A stretch of 64,000 nucleotides of DNA, taken from NCBI GenBank assembly GCA_002189035.1, contig NEEC01000012.1, positions 3,224,001 through 3,288,000 on the forward strand. Reading direction: 5' to 3'. This DNA is from Utricularia gibba. Its lineage: Eukaryota > Plantae > Magnoliophyta. Below are positions 24,450 to 39,256 of this stretch, piece after piece; position 1 is the stretch's first letter; each line of letters starts with the position of its first letter. Under the pieces are notes generated by a model that worked only from the letters and a program-made list of their open reading frames with translations, did no database searches and had not been told where the DNA came from. The translations under genes were made by a program, and so were the position numbers.

Positions 24450-25330
24450 ATTTTCTCTTTGTTTTTTCATTGAATACCAACAAGCCATTTACACAAATCA
24501 ACACATGCTTCATTTCCTTCTATTGTATTCAAAGTCATAATCTAAATACTTCTATGTAACTACATCCATTGATGAAACGCATTTCAAGTTTAAATCTGCA
24601 AACTAGATAAAACCTGTTGGTTCCACATAAGACTTCTGATCTCCGCATCTGAAGTTCCAGAAACATACTACAGAAAACAGCAAAACGCAGTTGATCACCG
24701 GAGGATCTCCTTCTGTTCTTCAATACCTGAAATGATGATGTATACTTGCGGGAAAAGAAAAGCAACATGACAAGATAGTAATATAATGAGGTCGTTCTTT
24801 TGCAAGATATGGAAAATCACACTTAGTCATATTGTGTATCAGTTCCTTGGTGAATGGTAAAAGACATTTTCCCCGGGGAACGCTAACAGCATTGTCTCGT
24901 AACCCACACCCCATAACAGTGTACAAGCATACCATTATCTCTTACAGGGTGAGTTCAAAGATGAAAGGCAAGCAAAATTGTTTTCCAAACAGGGAAGAAC
25001 GTTCTGGTATGCTCATTCTATAAATTGTATGCGCAGACAGTAAACACGCTACCAACTCACCACCACGATTTAAATTCCATTGCACAGAAATAAACAGCAA
25101 CAGACAATTCATCAGTCTGACTCAATAACGGCAATCAACAAGAAGCAGCTCTCAAAAGATTAACCATCTCGCATCGTATTCCAACCCAGAGCAACTTTCA
25201 CATATTTTCGCTATTTTCATGGAATTTTCCATACCGTTAGTTCCTCACCGTTTCTTCTGCTCTCCCACCACCGCAGACTAGCTCTCGATTTTGTTCTTGC
25301 CGTGCACTCCAACGGCGCCGCCCTCCGAAA
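24450..25330 (-). ncRNA. Candidate spliced lncRNA or micropeptide transcript (3 exons predicted from splice signals only)
   Basis: Donor ACG/GTGAGG at 25249/25248; exon 25017-24946 (TAG/ ... /GTAAGA); acceptor TTTCAG/ at 24727/24726; site II TGGGCT at 25332-25337. No recognisable protein. The outer boundaries are guesses. Confidence 0.3.
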
Positions 25331-25715
25331 TTGGGCTCGGCTTTTCTGTATCAGTGGCGGGTGGGACGTTTATTAAAAAAATATTTTAATTAAAAGGAGT
25401 AGTAATTCGAATTTAATATTACATAAAATATCATTTTATAATTGAAAAAAATGCAGAAAATAGAGGAATTTTGCATTGTTTTTTTTTTGTCTGGCCGAGG
25501 TTGTTTCGCCCCTGGTTTGTCGTCGTCGATGGGAGAGAAGCAGAGGATGGTAAGGGAAAAAGAAACACCAAGGAAAACGGATATCATCTCCTTTCTTTTT
25601 TTCTCATTCTTCTGTCATTTCATCAACCTCTCTCCCTCCATTTGATCTGTGTCTGCATGGACGAGTTCGCACCACAATGCAGGAACCCCAGCTCTGATAA
25701 TCTGAGCAACAAGGC

Positions 25716-28661
25716 ATGATGCCCATGAAGGCCTGGGAAGCCACCGTGAGGAAGACGCAGGCGGCGGCGAAGAAGCGCGCCAACACCATCTTCGGGATGT
25801 CTCACGCCGTGGAGGAAGAGAACGAGGATCACGATCACGAGGATGATCACCTCAGCCGGTCGACCGGGGAAGTTTATCAGGCGGAGAAGTTTCTTCCCAA
25901 CGGAGACTACTACACGGGCTATTGGTGCGAGAGTTTCCCCATGGGCATGGCAAGTACTGGTGGACGGATGGATGCATGTATGTGGGAGACTGGGTGAGGG
26001 GGAAGACGATGGGGAAAGGGATATTCAGCTGGCCTTCTGGTGCAACCTATGAAGGGAGTTTCAAGAACGGCTTCATGGATGGAGAAGGGATGTACACCAG
26101 TGCCAATGGGACGACGTATAAGGGATCATGGGTGATGAACTTAAAGCATGGATATGGAGTGAAGGAATATGGGAATGGGGATAGCTATGAGGGGAATGGA
26201 GCAGGGGGATGCAGGAGGGTCAAGGGAAGTATCAATGGAAAAGTGGGAATCATTATGTTGGGGAATGGAAGGGTGGAAAGATATGCGGAAAAGGGAAGAT
26301 GTGTTGGACAAATGGGGATGCATTTGAAGGGAATTGGGATGATGGCTTGCCGAAGGGAAGCGGAACATTCAAATGGAGTGATGGGAGTTTCTATGTTGGG
26401 AATTGGAGCACAGATCCTTCAGAGCAGAATGGGACTTACTATCCATCAGGATCAACAATGGAAGGAAATCTGGAATGGGATCCTCAGGATGTGTTCAATG
26501 AATTGAAGGAATGGAAGGTTTGTCCGTCTGATAAGATTCCCTTATGGCCATCGCAGAAAAAGCTGGCTGTTTGGAGGTCTTCCAAGGGATCAGATGTGAC
26601 TACTGTCAGGCCTAGAAGGTTGTCGGTTGATGGAAGGATAGATGCTCATGTGGACAAAGATTTTGTAGGAATGAGGTTGTCGGATGGTGCAGCGCCATCA
26701 TCTTGGATCACTGGATCTGTGGACAGGATGGGAATCACAAGTGAAGGAGATGATGGACCAGTTGCATTACAAACAGAAATTGGATTCCTCAAGGGCACTG
26801 CAATAAGGATCCCTAGAGTGGTTAAAAGACAAGGGGACACAATATCCAAAGGCCATAGAAATTATGAGCTGATGCTTAATTTGCAACTTGGAATCAGGTG
26901 AAAACTTCCTTCTTTCCCCTTTGAGCAGCTAAAGATGCATGAAATGCATTAGATAGTTGCATGTTGTTTGAAATGAAGTAACATTCTTACCTTGGCTTGC
27001 TCCCCAATTTTTGATTTAACCTTGCAGGCACTCTGTTGGGAGGCCTGGACCGCCTCCTTCTCTCGATATGAAGCCATCAGCATTTGATCCAAAAGAGAAA
27101 TTTTGGACGAAGTTTCCTCCTGAGGGCTCCAAAATCACTCCACCCCATCAGTCCTGTGAGTTTAAATGGAAAGATTACTGCCCCAAAGTATTCAGGTACT
27201 CTTTTGTAATAAAACTTTATAGTCAGACATTCAATCCCTGCATTGCATGCATATTCAGGAATATTCATTTCTTGCAGGTCCTTGAGGATGTTGTTTAAGG
27301 TGGATCCTGCAGATTACATGTTATCCATCTGTGGAAATGATGCACTTCGAGAACTATCTTCTCCAGGGAAAAGTGGAAGTTTCTTTTACTTGACCAATGA
27401 TGACCGATACATGATAAAGACAATGAAGAAGGCCGAAACAAAAGTAAGGTTATCGTTTTTACTTGCCAAAACCATAAACATCAGGCAAAACCAACCTCTG
27501 ACCTGCCTTTCCTTTTTCTTCTAAAAATCAGGTCCTTCTTAGGATGCTGAACGCTTACTACAATCATGTTCGATCGTTCGAGAATACGCTAGTTACCAAG
27601 TATTATGGGCTTCACTGTGTCAAGTTGAATGGACAAAAGGTATGGCATATGGATCATGAAAGCATATGAAGAGAGAGATGTTACCTTGTTTCCAGAGAAG
27701 TTAATATCAGCTGCTCTGCATTAGGTTCGGTTCATCATCATGGGAAATCTGTTCTGTTCCGAGTACATGATTCATAGGAGATATGACTTGAAAGGCTCAA
27801 CCTTTGGTAGACTGACGGATAAACCAGAATCAGAGATTGATGCGACCACAACACTGAAGGACCTTGATCTCAACTTCATTTTTCGACTGCAGAAAACATG
27901 GTTTCAAGAATTCAAGAGGTGATAATTCTACCAAATATGATCAAAATGGATTGCAGAAGTATTCTATTTTCTAACTACACAGTATTTCCTTGCAGACAAG
28001 TTGATAGGGACTGTGAGTTCCTTGAGCAAGAGAGAATCATGGATTACAGCCTTTTAGTAGGCCTCCACTTCACAGAAGGCTCAACTGATCAGGAACATAC
28101 TCCCTCCGGTGCTATCACCCCAAATGGTAACAACCCATTTCACAAAAAACTTTTTTTTTTCTCTGATCAGCATTCCCACAAACAGCTTGAATCCCATATC
28201 TTCCTCCTCTATGCAGACAATGGAGGATCAGAGAATGAACCGGCTACCCGTTTATCCAATGTAGAACAACTACTTCTAGACCCTGCAGGGTAATAATTCT
28301 TTACTTCATGCACTCACGAACTCATAAGAAACATGGGAAGAACAAATCTTTTTGTGTGTGCCTGGAATGCAGGTGGGCTAGTATAAAGTTGGGAATCAAC
28401 ATGCCTGCAAGAGTGGAAAGAACAGAGAGAAAGGCAGATGCAGAGTTCCAATTAGTAGGAGAACCAACCGGAGAATACTATGATGTAGTAGCATTCTTCG
28501 GCATCATAGACATTCTCACCGAATACGACATGACGAAAAAACTTGAGCACGCATACAAGTCCATACAATACGACCCTAACTCCATATCCGCAGTAGATCC
28601 GAAGCAGTATTGTAGACGCTTCCGTGACTACATCTTCAAGGCTTTTGCAGAAGACGTATGA
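25716..28661 (+). CDS. PIP5K4: Phosphatidylinositol 4-phosphate 5-kinase with MORN repeats (PIP5K4/5-like), 8 exons
   Basis: [25 protein letters not shown] repeats ([13 protein letters not shown]), [69 protein letters not shown]. -1 frameshifts at 25937-25940 and 26191-26194. Confidence 0.92.
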
Positions 28662-29149
28662 ACAAATACGGCAGTTTCATCAGAAACAACTGTATAGTGC
28701 ATAGCCATGACAAAGACAAATATACCTTCTCCAAGTTCTCTGGCATTAACAGTGATTTCAATCATGTTTTCCAAAACAAATCAAATGATCTTTTTCTTTC
28801 TTTTTTACGTATATTCGTATTATCAAATATACTATTATTTTAAACACACATTTATAAAATACATGTAACAAAAACAATGTTAGTTACTTGTTTTTCAGTT
28901 TTTCCAGGAATGTGGTGGACATAAGGAAGAATCAAGCATCAAAAGGACAGTCAAAGAAGGGGCAGAGAAGAAAAGGAGCCTGCCCACACAATGAACTTCA
29001 ATGAAAATTTTATGTATCCAAAACCCCGGCATGACATTTTCGAACCACAGACATCAGTTGTGATACATCATATGCATTGTTTGCAAAAACATAGCATGAA
29101 ATTCCAGCATCATATAGAGCAGCATCGAGTCTCCGGGCTAAATATGTAT

Positions 29150-30604
29150 TCAGAAGTAAGGGCTATAATACCGCATTGGAGTTCTGAATCTAGGAAACTT
29201 CCTGCATTAGCAAGGAGGATGGTAAGTGCCTGCAGTGCAGAATGGAAGGCAGTTTGGATGCTCAGGAGGAATGAGCTTACCCATATCCATAAGGGGTGTA
29301 TATGAAAGGGGCAGCCATGTAAGGTGGTAACCTAGACCGGTAAGGATTTGAAGGGCGTGGTCGGAACTGCTTCATCCCAGGGATATTGGTCCTCTTGGCC
29401 GAGACCTGGAAATTGAAAACGCTGAGAACAGAGAATGCATAAAACTTGTTGTTCATCAAGTTTAAGCAGATGGGGATGCCCTTTCAAATTTCAGCAGGGA
29501 AAAGCTGACCTTGAGCTGCCGACCATGAAGTTCAGATTCATTAAGTAACAGAGCCTGCTCCACCGCAATGCTCTCGATGAATTCAACATAAGCATATCCC
29601 TTTGGCTTTCCAAACTTGTTGGTCCGAATGGTTACTCTGTTCACAGTTCCACATGCCTCAAAATGCTGCCGTACTTCTTCAGGAGTACATGAGTAGTCCA
29701 CCTGGTTTATCAAATAACACCACAAGCAAACTCAATATGCAAGATAGAAGATGCCAAAAAACACAACAGGACCTCTAAACAGGAAATGCCCAACAAGCAA
29801 ATCCGAAAGATAAGATGGAATCTCACATTTCCAACAAAAACTGATCGGGAATCCACTTCTTCCTTATTTGCGTGATTAGTGGAAGCCTCTGGATCCGCTG
29901 TAAAAGAGTATATGCACTACAAGGTGAGTAAAATTAAATAAATAAATAAATGGCTCACTGCTGCAACCTATTTCATTTTGAAGATGATAAGACTGTGGAA
30001 CCACATCAGTAAACCTAACATTTTAAAACTACATTTCAAAAGAGGTTCAAAGACATGAAACATAATACGCATCAACGGGAACTCCCACTGAAATAACCGT
30101 GAATATGAAGATGAAAAACTGAAAAAAGGCGACCTTTGATACCTTCTCCATGGATTACATTTCAAGAACCTACTGAATTGCCGACCAAATAAGGGCCTAA
30201 AGATTCCAAATACATATCAATTCGCAATCCAAAAACACATTTCGAAGATCTCGTTCCAAACTAACGCTTTGCAGTAGGCTAATTGACGGGGGAAGGCAGC
30301 ACAAGACGCAACCTTGAACACCACCCATCTCTTCTTCCACCTTCGCTTGCATCTCTCTGAGGGCGGCGACTTCATCCTGAATCTCCTTCAGCCTCTTTCT
30401 CATGTCATCAAGGCCTTGCGCCTAGAAACATGAGCGACTCCTAAATAGGGCTTTCAATTGCGATTCATATGCGACTCAAATTGAACCATTGAATAAAACA
30501 CGCATAGCATTGACATGATGCATTACATCGGCACCTCCGGGCTCCGACGCCATCATATCGACGTCGCCCTCCATCCCCGCGTCTCCTCCACTCGATACCG
30601 TCAT
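29150..30604 (-). CDS. PABN: Nuclear poly(A)-binding protein (PABN/PABPN1 family), 6 exons
   Basis: Coiled coil [23 protein letters not shown]; [30 protein letters not shown]...PKGYAYVEF; KRTNIPG; C-terminus [13 protein letters not shown]. Confidence 0.92.
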
Positions 30605-30955
30605 TTTGCTCAGACGAAAGAGCACCTTTGCTATAACTTGTGACCATTCCGACCCTCGAATTCCTCTCGCAAATTCCAAATTACCCTTCCCAGATTTGCT
30701 TGGGGAATTAATTTTGATAAATTATTCTAAAGGGTTGAAATTGGAAATAACCTAAATTTGGGGGGAGAAAACGGAAGCCACTTCTAAAATCTAAACCACT
30801 TTTAATTTTTTTTTTAAATTACTGCGGGCTCATAGTGGGCCGAGATGAGTCCACAAATCGTTCCAGAAGTGGGCCGATATTTTATTCCGTTTACGTGGGC
30901 CTGTCCAGTTCTGTGATATTCCAATCGGTCACTGTGACCTCCGAAGGATGCATCA
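30605..30955. promoter_or_regulatory. 351-bp divergent promoter (PABN / PPR) with three site II motifs
   Basis: TGGGCC at 30836, 30870 and 30896. Confidence 0.7.
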
Positions 30956-32379
30956 ATGGCTGCTCGGTCTTTCTTCCTCACTTTGACGAGGTTTCGCATC
31001 GTCTGCAGTTCGGTTTTCATTTGGCGTCTATTTGTATTGTCGGCTCATTTCTTATTTTTCTGCAGAAATGGAGGCTGGAGGAAGAATATTGCGGTGCGAT
31101 CCGTTTCTTCGAGAAGTGAGGCTGCTCCATCAGAAGAGCCAGGCACTGGAACAGAGGAATTGGAGCTCGAGGATTCTTTTAAGGACGGAAAAGACGATTT
31201 GAGGAGCAGAATTTTTAGGCTGAGGCTTCCTAAGAGAAGCGCCACCGATGTTTTGCAAAAATGGGTGGGGGAAGGCCGGCATATCGCGACTTCTGATCTG
31301 CGTAGTATTTCCAGAGATCTCCGTCGATCACGCCGGTACAAGCATGCCCTTGAAGTGGGTGGTTTATTCTTCTTAAATTGGTTACTTGTTGTTTCTTTTT
31401 CTGCATTTCGTATTAAATTATTGTTATTCTTCCGTGATGGAAGTTTATGTTCATTCCTCTGTAGATCTCCGAGTGGATGCTTAATCATGAGGAGTACCAG
31501 CTTTCTGACTCTGATTATGCATTTCGCATCGACCTGATGGCCAAAGTCTTTGGCGTTGATGCTGCTGAGCGTTACTTTGAAGCATTGCCTTCCACCGAGA
31601 AGACCAGTGAAACATATACTGCTCTTCTCCACTGTTATGCAGCAGCAAAGCTAGTTGACCAGGCTGAGGAACTCTTCAATAGAATCAACGAAGATGGACT
31701 TTCGTTGCATTGCATAACTTACAATGAATTGATGACCTTATACATGTCAGTAGGGCAGCCGGAGAAGATACCCTCGGTTATTGAAGAAATGAAGGAGAAG
31801 AATGTTTCACTTGATTTATTTACTTACAATCTTTGGATAAGCTCTTGTGCTGCATCGTTCAACGTTGATGAGATCAGAAGAATCCTGGATACAATGAGAG
31901 TGGATCAGGGTTGTGATGAAACTTACCACAGATACATAAATCTGACGAAAATGTATATTTTTGCAGGCGGACTTGTGAATCAAGATTTTGGTTCCCTTAC
32001 AGAAACCGGGAGGGGTTCTACAACCCAGAGAGAACTTATATCTTATGACTTTCTTATGATATTGTATGGAGCTATTGGAAACATTGAGAAACTTGATCAA
32101 GTCTGGAAGTCTCTACGAGCAATGGGTCAGATGCTAACCGGGCGGAGCTATGTCTCTGTTCTTTCTGCCTATCTGATGAACGGGCAAGACACAGAGGTGT
32201 TTGAAGTGGTTGAACAATGGAAGCTATCTACTGGCTCACTGTTCAACATTTCCATGTGCAATAAGCTGATGGAAGCGCTAGAGGATGTCGGTATGGAAAA
32301 TCATGCTTCCAGGTTTCGTGGAATACTCCATGAATGCGGTTGTATACCGTCGAATGTAGATGATGGTCTCACGACTTGA
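30956..32379 (+). CDS. P-class pentatricopeptide repeat protein, mitochondrial-type (At5g09450-like), 3 exons
   Basis: Presequence-like MAARSFF; DDLRSRIFRLRLPKRSAT, RRYKHALE/ISEWM, DYAFRIDLMAKVFGVDAAERYFE; PPR repeats ETYTALLHCY, ITYNELMTLY, FTYNLWISSC. Confidence 0.9.
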
Positions 32380-33175
32380 GAGTTTGTGGTGGCTTGTTTA
32401 AGCTTGAAAGCCTTGTACTACGGGTTCAACCATGGAATCAGCATGAGAAGATGGGAATCGCTGTTGGCTGATAAATGCTCAGGGGTGCGTTCCCTTGATT
32501 TCCCCAGATGCAACTACTCCTGAGAATCAGAAAATTCCATGTTTTCATGCATGTCTCTTGCCCACAAATCTTCGCCACCATCGTGTTTCCTTTCACACTG
32601 GATGGTGCATCTAGACTGTACTAGTGAATACAAAATGGCTGTCCCTGTCTCTTGGTTGAATTTGTGAATGGTTCGAGCCAACAATGGTGCTCTCCCATTG
32701 AACATTTCCTGCTGTACCATGGTTTTTTTTTCTTTGAAATACACTCTGAATCTAACATAATATCAGGCTCCATCATTATATGTTCAAATTTGTAGTATGA
32801 CACTTTCTCTTTGAATATTTAATTTTCATGATTTTCTGTTCTATCTTTCTAAAAAACATATCACACAAAATTAAGATAATTACTCAATTCAATCATATCT
32901 CACCCCATATGTAACCAACCAATGTGGATTTACACATTTAAAGGACAGATAACACATTGCGTGGAAAATACAGCACATGGAATAAATGACAACAAATGCG
33001 AGCTTCTGTACACATTTCTGTACACGTTTGGCCACTGTGGTCAGATGAATATACATGCAAGCTATGACAACATTTTAGTCTACAAAATTGATACACTGGA
33101 TGACAACCCAATAGTGGGGGGAGACATGCTACAACCTACTGAACTGGACAAGGGTTAAAGAGTGTGCTATTTACC

Positions 33176-36100
33176 TTATTCAATCCCAGCTTCGGCTTCC
33201 GCTAGTTCTGCATCATATTCTTCTAACAGATAATCACAAAGCTCCAACAGTTGATCAGCAAGAGGAGGAATACCAGGATTCCTCCCATCGTTGTACTTAT
33301 GGGCGTTGTAGCATATCTGATATACGTCCTCCCGGAAATCATCACGGTTCTTGTATTCCATCCTCCTCACCTTCTCCCTAATGGTGGACAAATCCATTGG
33401 GCAGCTGATGATGCTGTGGTAGTCGGGAGCTTCCTTTCTGGTTACTGGTTTAAGGAATAGGTAAGATATGTCTTTTCTTCCCTTGAGCTTCTCCACAATG
33501 CTTTCTAATATGTTAGACAAGCCAACCTGAAACAAGAACAATATTCGTTAAAGGACTTGTGCAACAAGAACAATTTCTGAAAAGGTACTTATGCACTGAA
33601 GGCAGGTTCTATGATCAAAAGATTGCTATGCCAAGAATGCATCTCAGCTTAACGACACTCATCTCATCCTAGACAAGGATAATTTCATCACAATTGTGAG
33701 TATCGACAGTGAAACCACAGGCCAAATCCTCTCCCTAATTTCCTGGTTGTGTAAATGAAAGTGGAGAAGAATGGCAATCACTAACCTCCCCTCCCCTCCG
33801 TCGTTTTGAGGACTGGGAAGAATCTGGAATAATGGCTCCATACTCAAATTCCGGCACCCTATGCAGTGATCTTTCTCGTTCTAGGATGCGCCTGTCATTT
33901 CTTTTAGGAGGGAAGCTATCTATGTAATCATCATTCTTTTCGTGTTTCCTCTTCTTTTTCTTTTTAGCCTTCACCCTTTGACGTTCTTCTTCTTCTCTTT
34001 CCCTTCGAATGGACTCCCCATATCTTAGCAACTCATAAGCAGGTTCTGGTATTCTCATTTTTCCAGCCCTCCTGTTTTTCTCTTCTGACTGACTTGTCGC
34101 ATCTCTCATTTTCTCATCAAACCACCAAGGACCATCCTCTTGTACTTTCGCCCTTGATGTCTCTGCAAGCAGATTTCTGTTTTCAGGCTTCTGCCTTGTA
34201 TCAAAACTAGACAATTCAGCAATTTTCTTCATTTTTCTGAAATCAAGCCCAAAACTTCCATCCTGACTGTTCTCATCCATGCGAATGATCTCATTCGACT
34301 GTCTGATGACATTTTTCTTGTAAGAGATATCTCTACCAGGCTCCACAAGAGGTTTTATTCCTACTGAGGGCTTCGGTGATTCAACCATGAAGTCATCTGA
34401 TTTCATCTTATTTGAAAAAATGATTTTATTGACTTTTCGTGTTTCAGCATCAGAAGCAACAAGAGGATCAGAGGACTGTGAAGTTGCCGGAGTTTGCTTA
34501 TCTTGAACAGTGTCTGGTCCACATTTGACCTTCAGAAACTTCGCCTTCGGAGTTGTTATTCTATCATCATCCTGAACCTGAAAGGGGGCAGTTTTTGAGC
34601 CATTTATAGCTAAAAGCTTTGCATTCTGCGGTTTTTGTTGGCCCTGCTCAATTTGATCCATGGAACTAGGCCGGCTTAAAAACTTCTCCAAATCTGCACC
34701 CTCGCCTCGTGCTTCTGAATCTTCACCATACTTGGGGCAGTGCTTGTTGGTCCTCATATGACCAAGCTGGGTTCCATAAGAACATGCATAAATGCAACAT
34801 TAAAGAGATATGCGTACATGCTTCAGAGAAAAGGCTTACCTGACCACATGCTCCGCAGATGAAACTTTCTCTGGCTGGCTTTTTTTCTTTCATAACCTGT
34901 AAACCAAGCAGCAGCGTTAAAAAAAAAAAAGAAGAAAGTTTCATAAAAGCGTTGATAATGCACACATAAATTATACAAGCTATACCATCGGGTAAAAGCT
35001 AGCAGATTTTAAATGCAAACCACACATTTCCAAGGATGTTCATGGTCAAAATGCAGGAGCAAGATGCATACGGATGAATTCAGATGTATTAAAAACTCAA
35101 TGGTTCGTTTTTTGGTTGAGAGCCTAGGAGCTTACGTTTATTGCATCTCCCAAAATTTTGACCTTTGTGTTCAGATAACCCATTTGATCACTGCCTTTTG
35201 TCTTTTTGGGTTTTGATTTCCCAGTGAAGTTTTTTTGCATAGACAAGCCGTCTCCCTGCACCAAGAAATTCAATTGAGGTTTACAGGACATTGGCAGCAG
35301 CATCGGCAATGCTGGATTGTGAGGAGAAGTTGAGTTGTCTCCAATTACCTTTTGATCTTGATTAGCTTTCTCTGTTAACATGAATGAATCAAGAGGTTGC
35401 GTGATTCTTTTGGAAATAGAGTTGTTCTTCTTGATTCCATCAACACCTTCACGAAGACGAGATTTCAGGGGCAATCCACCTTGACTGCTCGCTGCTTTTA
35501 TCTTCTTCTTTTTCTTCCAATCAGTTTCATCATCTACAAGAAAAGAGCATATTTAGAAATACAGTTAAGATCCCTATTAAAGTACGCCTACTGCTCTAGA
35601 GCTGAATAGTCCAGACCAATAAAACTGTTATACGCAGTAAGTACTTTTGAAGAACTTATTTTACATATGAAGCAATGGTTTCCGAAAATTTTGAAATTGC
35701 ACATGAAATGCTCAGCAGGCATGAAAGTAAAGGTTATTGAAAAGCAAATTTGAAACCAGAAAACTGAATTCGCTTGTAAACAGAGTACCATCCATCAGCA
35801 TCTTGCACAATTCTGCAGCTTCTGCAGCCTCATCTTCAATCTCTTCTTCAGCCTGTGTTTGAAAAGAGCGTCTCCTCATCTTTAGTCCCCTTGCACCACC
35901 AATGTTCTCAAATTTAGCTTCGTCATTACCCACTTCCTCCTCTTCACATTCTTCTGCATCAAGAAGATTTTCCAAATCGCCAGCAAAGGAATCCAAGTCA
36001 CTATTAGCATCTGACTCAGTTTCATTTTCTTCACCATCGCCAGAGCACAAACTGTGAACTTGTCGCTCCCATATCTCCTGACATTTTTCCCGAGTCTGCT

Positions 36101-39100
36101 GCTGCAGTTGTAAAAATGACATTCGTTGCCCACGTGCAAATTTGCTCACCATTGTTGGATCAACCTTAACTCCAGAGGCTGCTTGCTCACTTGATAGCTT
36201 GCGTATTAAAGCAATACGGTGCCACCTAGTAAGCTTAGCAATCTGCTCCTCTGGTACACCGAATTTAAGGAGAAGCTGCCAGGAAACATTGTACAAAGAA
36301 GATGATAATTACCCAGGTATGGAGATTTTAATGTCTTTAATACCAGAACTCCAGCACACAAAATGGTAAATACAAACCACCTCAGGCCTCCCTAGCAAAA
36401 CCCATAACTGTTCCATTCGTCATGAGTAAACATGATAATAGTGATAAATTTACCATCGTAACTTACAACTCTAGAGTTAATAAAGGTAATGGAAATTCAG
36501 ATTAAAAAACTTTCGAACACATCATATGATAACACGAACCACACACCTCTCTTGCAGCTTCCATGCTCAACCTGCGTAGATCAGCATCGGTTCCAGTGAC
36601 AGTTGAGCCTTTTCCAATAAGAGCCTTCTTTTTTAATGTTGTGTTGGATATTGGAGCCTTCGGTGTTGCTCGGACATAACTGAAACCTAGGCCCCTCCCA
36701 GAAGGATCGCCAACACCAGTTATTTCCAAGCGCTCAATATTTTCTCTATCCTGAGAATAATCCAAGCAAGTTTGTCATCACAGTATTTATTCAAGATGTG
36801 ACAACCACTCATGTAATGCAGCCACTCTTGACACATGATGGGAAAATCACAGACACCCAAAACTCGATTACACAGTTTTGCTTGCCTGGCTCGTGCAAGC
36901 TACAAAATTACAGCTTAAATTCCAGGGAGTGATCTGAAGCTCCCTCTCAATATGTGATGCAGCAGCTAGTGTTATAGCTTCGTCAGGAAGCTGATTCATG
37001 GCAGAGGGAATTCCACTGGGATGGATCAACCTTGTGATCCCCAACCGTTTCAGCCTGTACAGGCCTGCTTGCATGCTCTCATATGCACAGACCTGATGAA
37101 TGTAAAGAAGTAAAAATAAAAAAAAAACCAAATAAAGCGTCCTTGGATTTAAATGCTGCGTGCATGTGAATTCTTACATTTTCAGGCGTCACCATCCTTC
37201 TCAACTCTTCTTCAGAAGGTATGCGAAAATTATGCTTCATAACCCAAAGAAGGTGCCCATTTGGTCCTTTCTAACGTAACATGCAGAAATCAAAATAAAC
37301 AAGGACACGAGTTTAAAACAACCTGAGAGTTCAATTTCCCATCAACACCCTGAAGTGGGTGCTTGGTGGTTACCTGTAAGTCAGCACAGTTTTTCAGCCT
37401 CTTTCGGAGAAGTGCCTCAGACAGGCTGGGAAACTGTGAGAACAGCTCATCAGCACGGACAGCAGGCCGGAAGCCACGTTTCTCAGAAGCCCGAAACTCT
37501 CGAAACATGTACACCAGCAGCCTGTTCATTAGATAAAACTGCACATTCTTGGATCCAGGGGACATTACTTCAATATGAGGTTCCTGCAATACCAATACAT
37601 CAAGAATATCAATGGCATTGAATCCAAAAACACCTGCTATTTCTAAACATAATAATAACAATAAATCAAAACGTGAACTTGAAATGTGAAGCTGCTGTGC
37701 TTAGATGTAAGAGGAATTTCTCATTATTCTCTTAGAAGGCCGAATAAGGGAAAATTGATTTAATTCAGCTTCCCAAGGATTTCTCAATTCAGACCATCAT
37801 AACAAAAAATGGATGATATTTTGATATGATAGGATGATTTTGGCAGTCGAGGCAGGTGAAAGGCCTAATACAAAGTAGCCCGGCTTAAATTCTAATTTTT
37901 AAAAACAGTGCATGAGAGACAATAGGTATGGACTCAAAGCTATCACATCCTTCCAAAAAAAGAAAACAGCTATCCCTCAAACCATGCATCCAACTCAAAT
38001 TTTCAATGAGAACCCATAAATAGTCGAACAAAGAAAAACATGAGAACCAAAGAATAACCTGCTGTCCAACAACATCAAGCCTGTCGATGCGTCTGATGGA
38101 CAGCTTCCCCTTTGAAGACCTCACCAGCAAATAATCAGTAGATGGGACTTTGTGCTGAAATATGGGTGCCCGATACATGTTAGTTTCAAGGCATGTCTGA
38201 CTGGAACCTGACCTTATGTCTCCGATGAAAGGAGATTTATCAGCAGGATCAAGAACAACTACACTGCCCAAGCCATTATTTCCAACACGCAGTAAGCTCC
38301 CCATTTGGTCGGCTGGTGATGATTTTTGATAGTACGTACAAAGTCTAGCACCCATTCCAATATCCCCGAGAAGCAAAGGCCTCTCCTCACAATACCTATC
38401 AATTTTAAAAATAGAGGCAATGTGAGCAGCGACTAATTGAATCCCATTGAGGAAGACTTTTAAGAGGCTATTCTGCAATTAAAAAAAGAAGAAAGTTGAA
38501 ACATTCACATGCACAACTTCATAGAAACACCATCAAGTGACAAAACTTTTACATAACCATAAAGTTGTTGCCTCATCACTTAATATATAAAAAATAGGCA
38601 TAAATGTTCTTCAAATAGGTTACTATAATAATCAGCAAAATTTCCCATTCATCTTGGAAAAATAAATAGAAAAAGCATCTTTAAAAGCAAAAGAAATCGA
38701 TCCAGAGTTAACATATAATGTATGCTTAAAAGTAAGCATACAAATCAATGATAAAATATTGCTTACTCCATTAAATAAACATGGCCATCTTTCACAGAAA
38801 GATCGGACTTTTTCTTGAATGCTCCAGGGGGTCGAAGAGATTTATTCTCCCTGGGAAGCTTTTGAGCCCGTGGTAACAAATGTATTTTTGTTCGAATTAG
38901 ATGCAACACAGAGTTTGGACGGACATTCTGCTCAACAAGAGATTTGTTTTCTTCGAGTTCCCTCCCAGAAAAAAATATCTTGACAGGCTCAGATAATTTG
39001 AAATCTGTAGATATGGTAAGAGAAAGAAAACAAAATTAGTAGATCATCCCTGTGTCAAATAACTAACCTTCAAAATATAGTGTAATAAGATCCATAGCCC

Positions 39101-39221
39101 CAACAACAGAGCTTAAATTTGGTAGTAAGTGGCCATGACAAAGCAAGACCTGGTTTATCACATAAGCTCCTATTAGGAGATTTTCTCTCCCTTGCTTTCA
39201 ATTTTTAACCTAACACAACCT

Positions 39222-39256
<35 letters not shown>

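Noticed and set aside
39227-39253. A27 tract in a TAF1 intron as a SINE or retrocopy tail
   Set aside because: No Pol III A/B boxes or flanking TSD detected.
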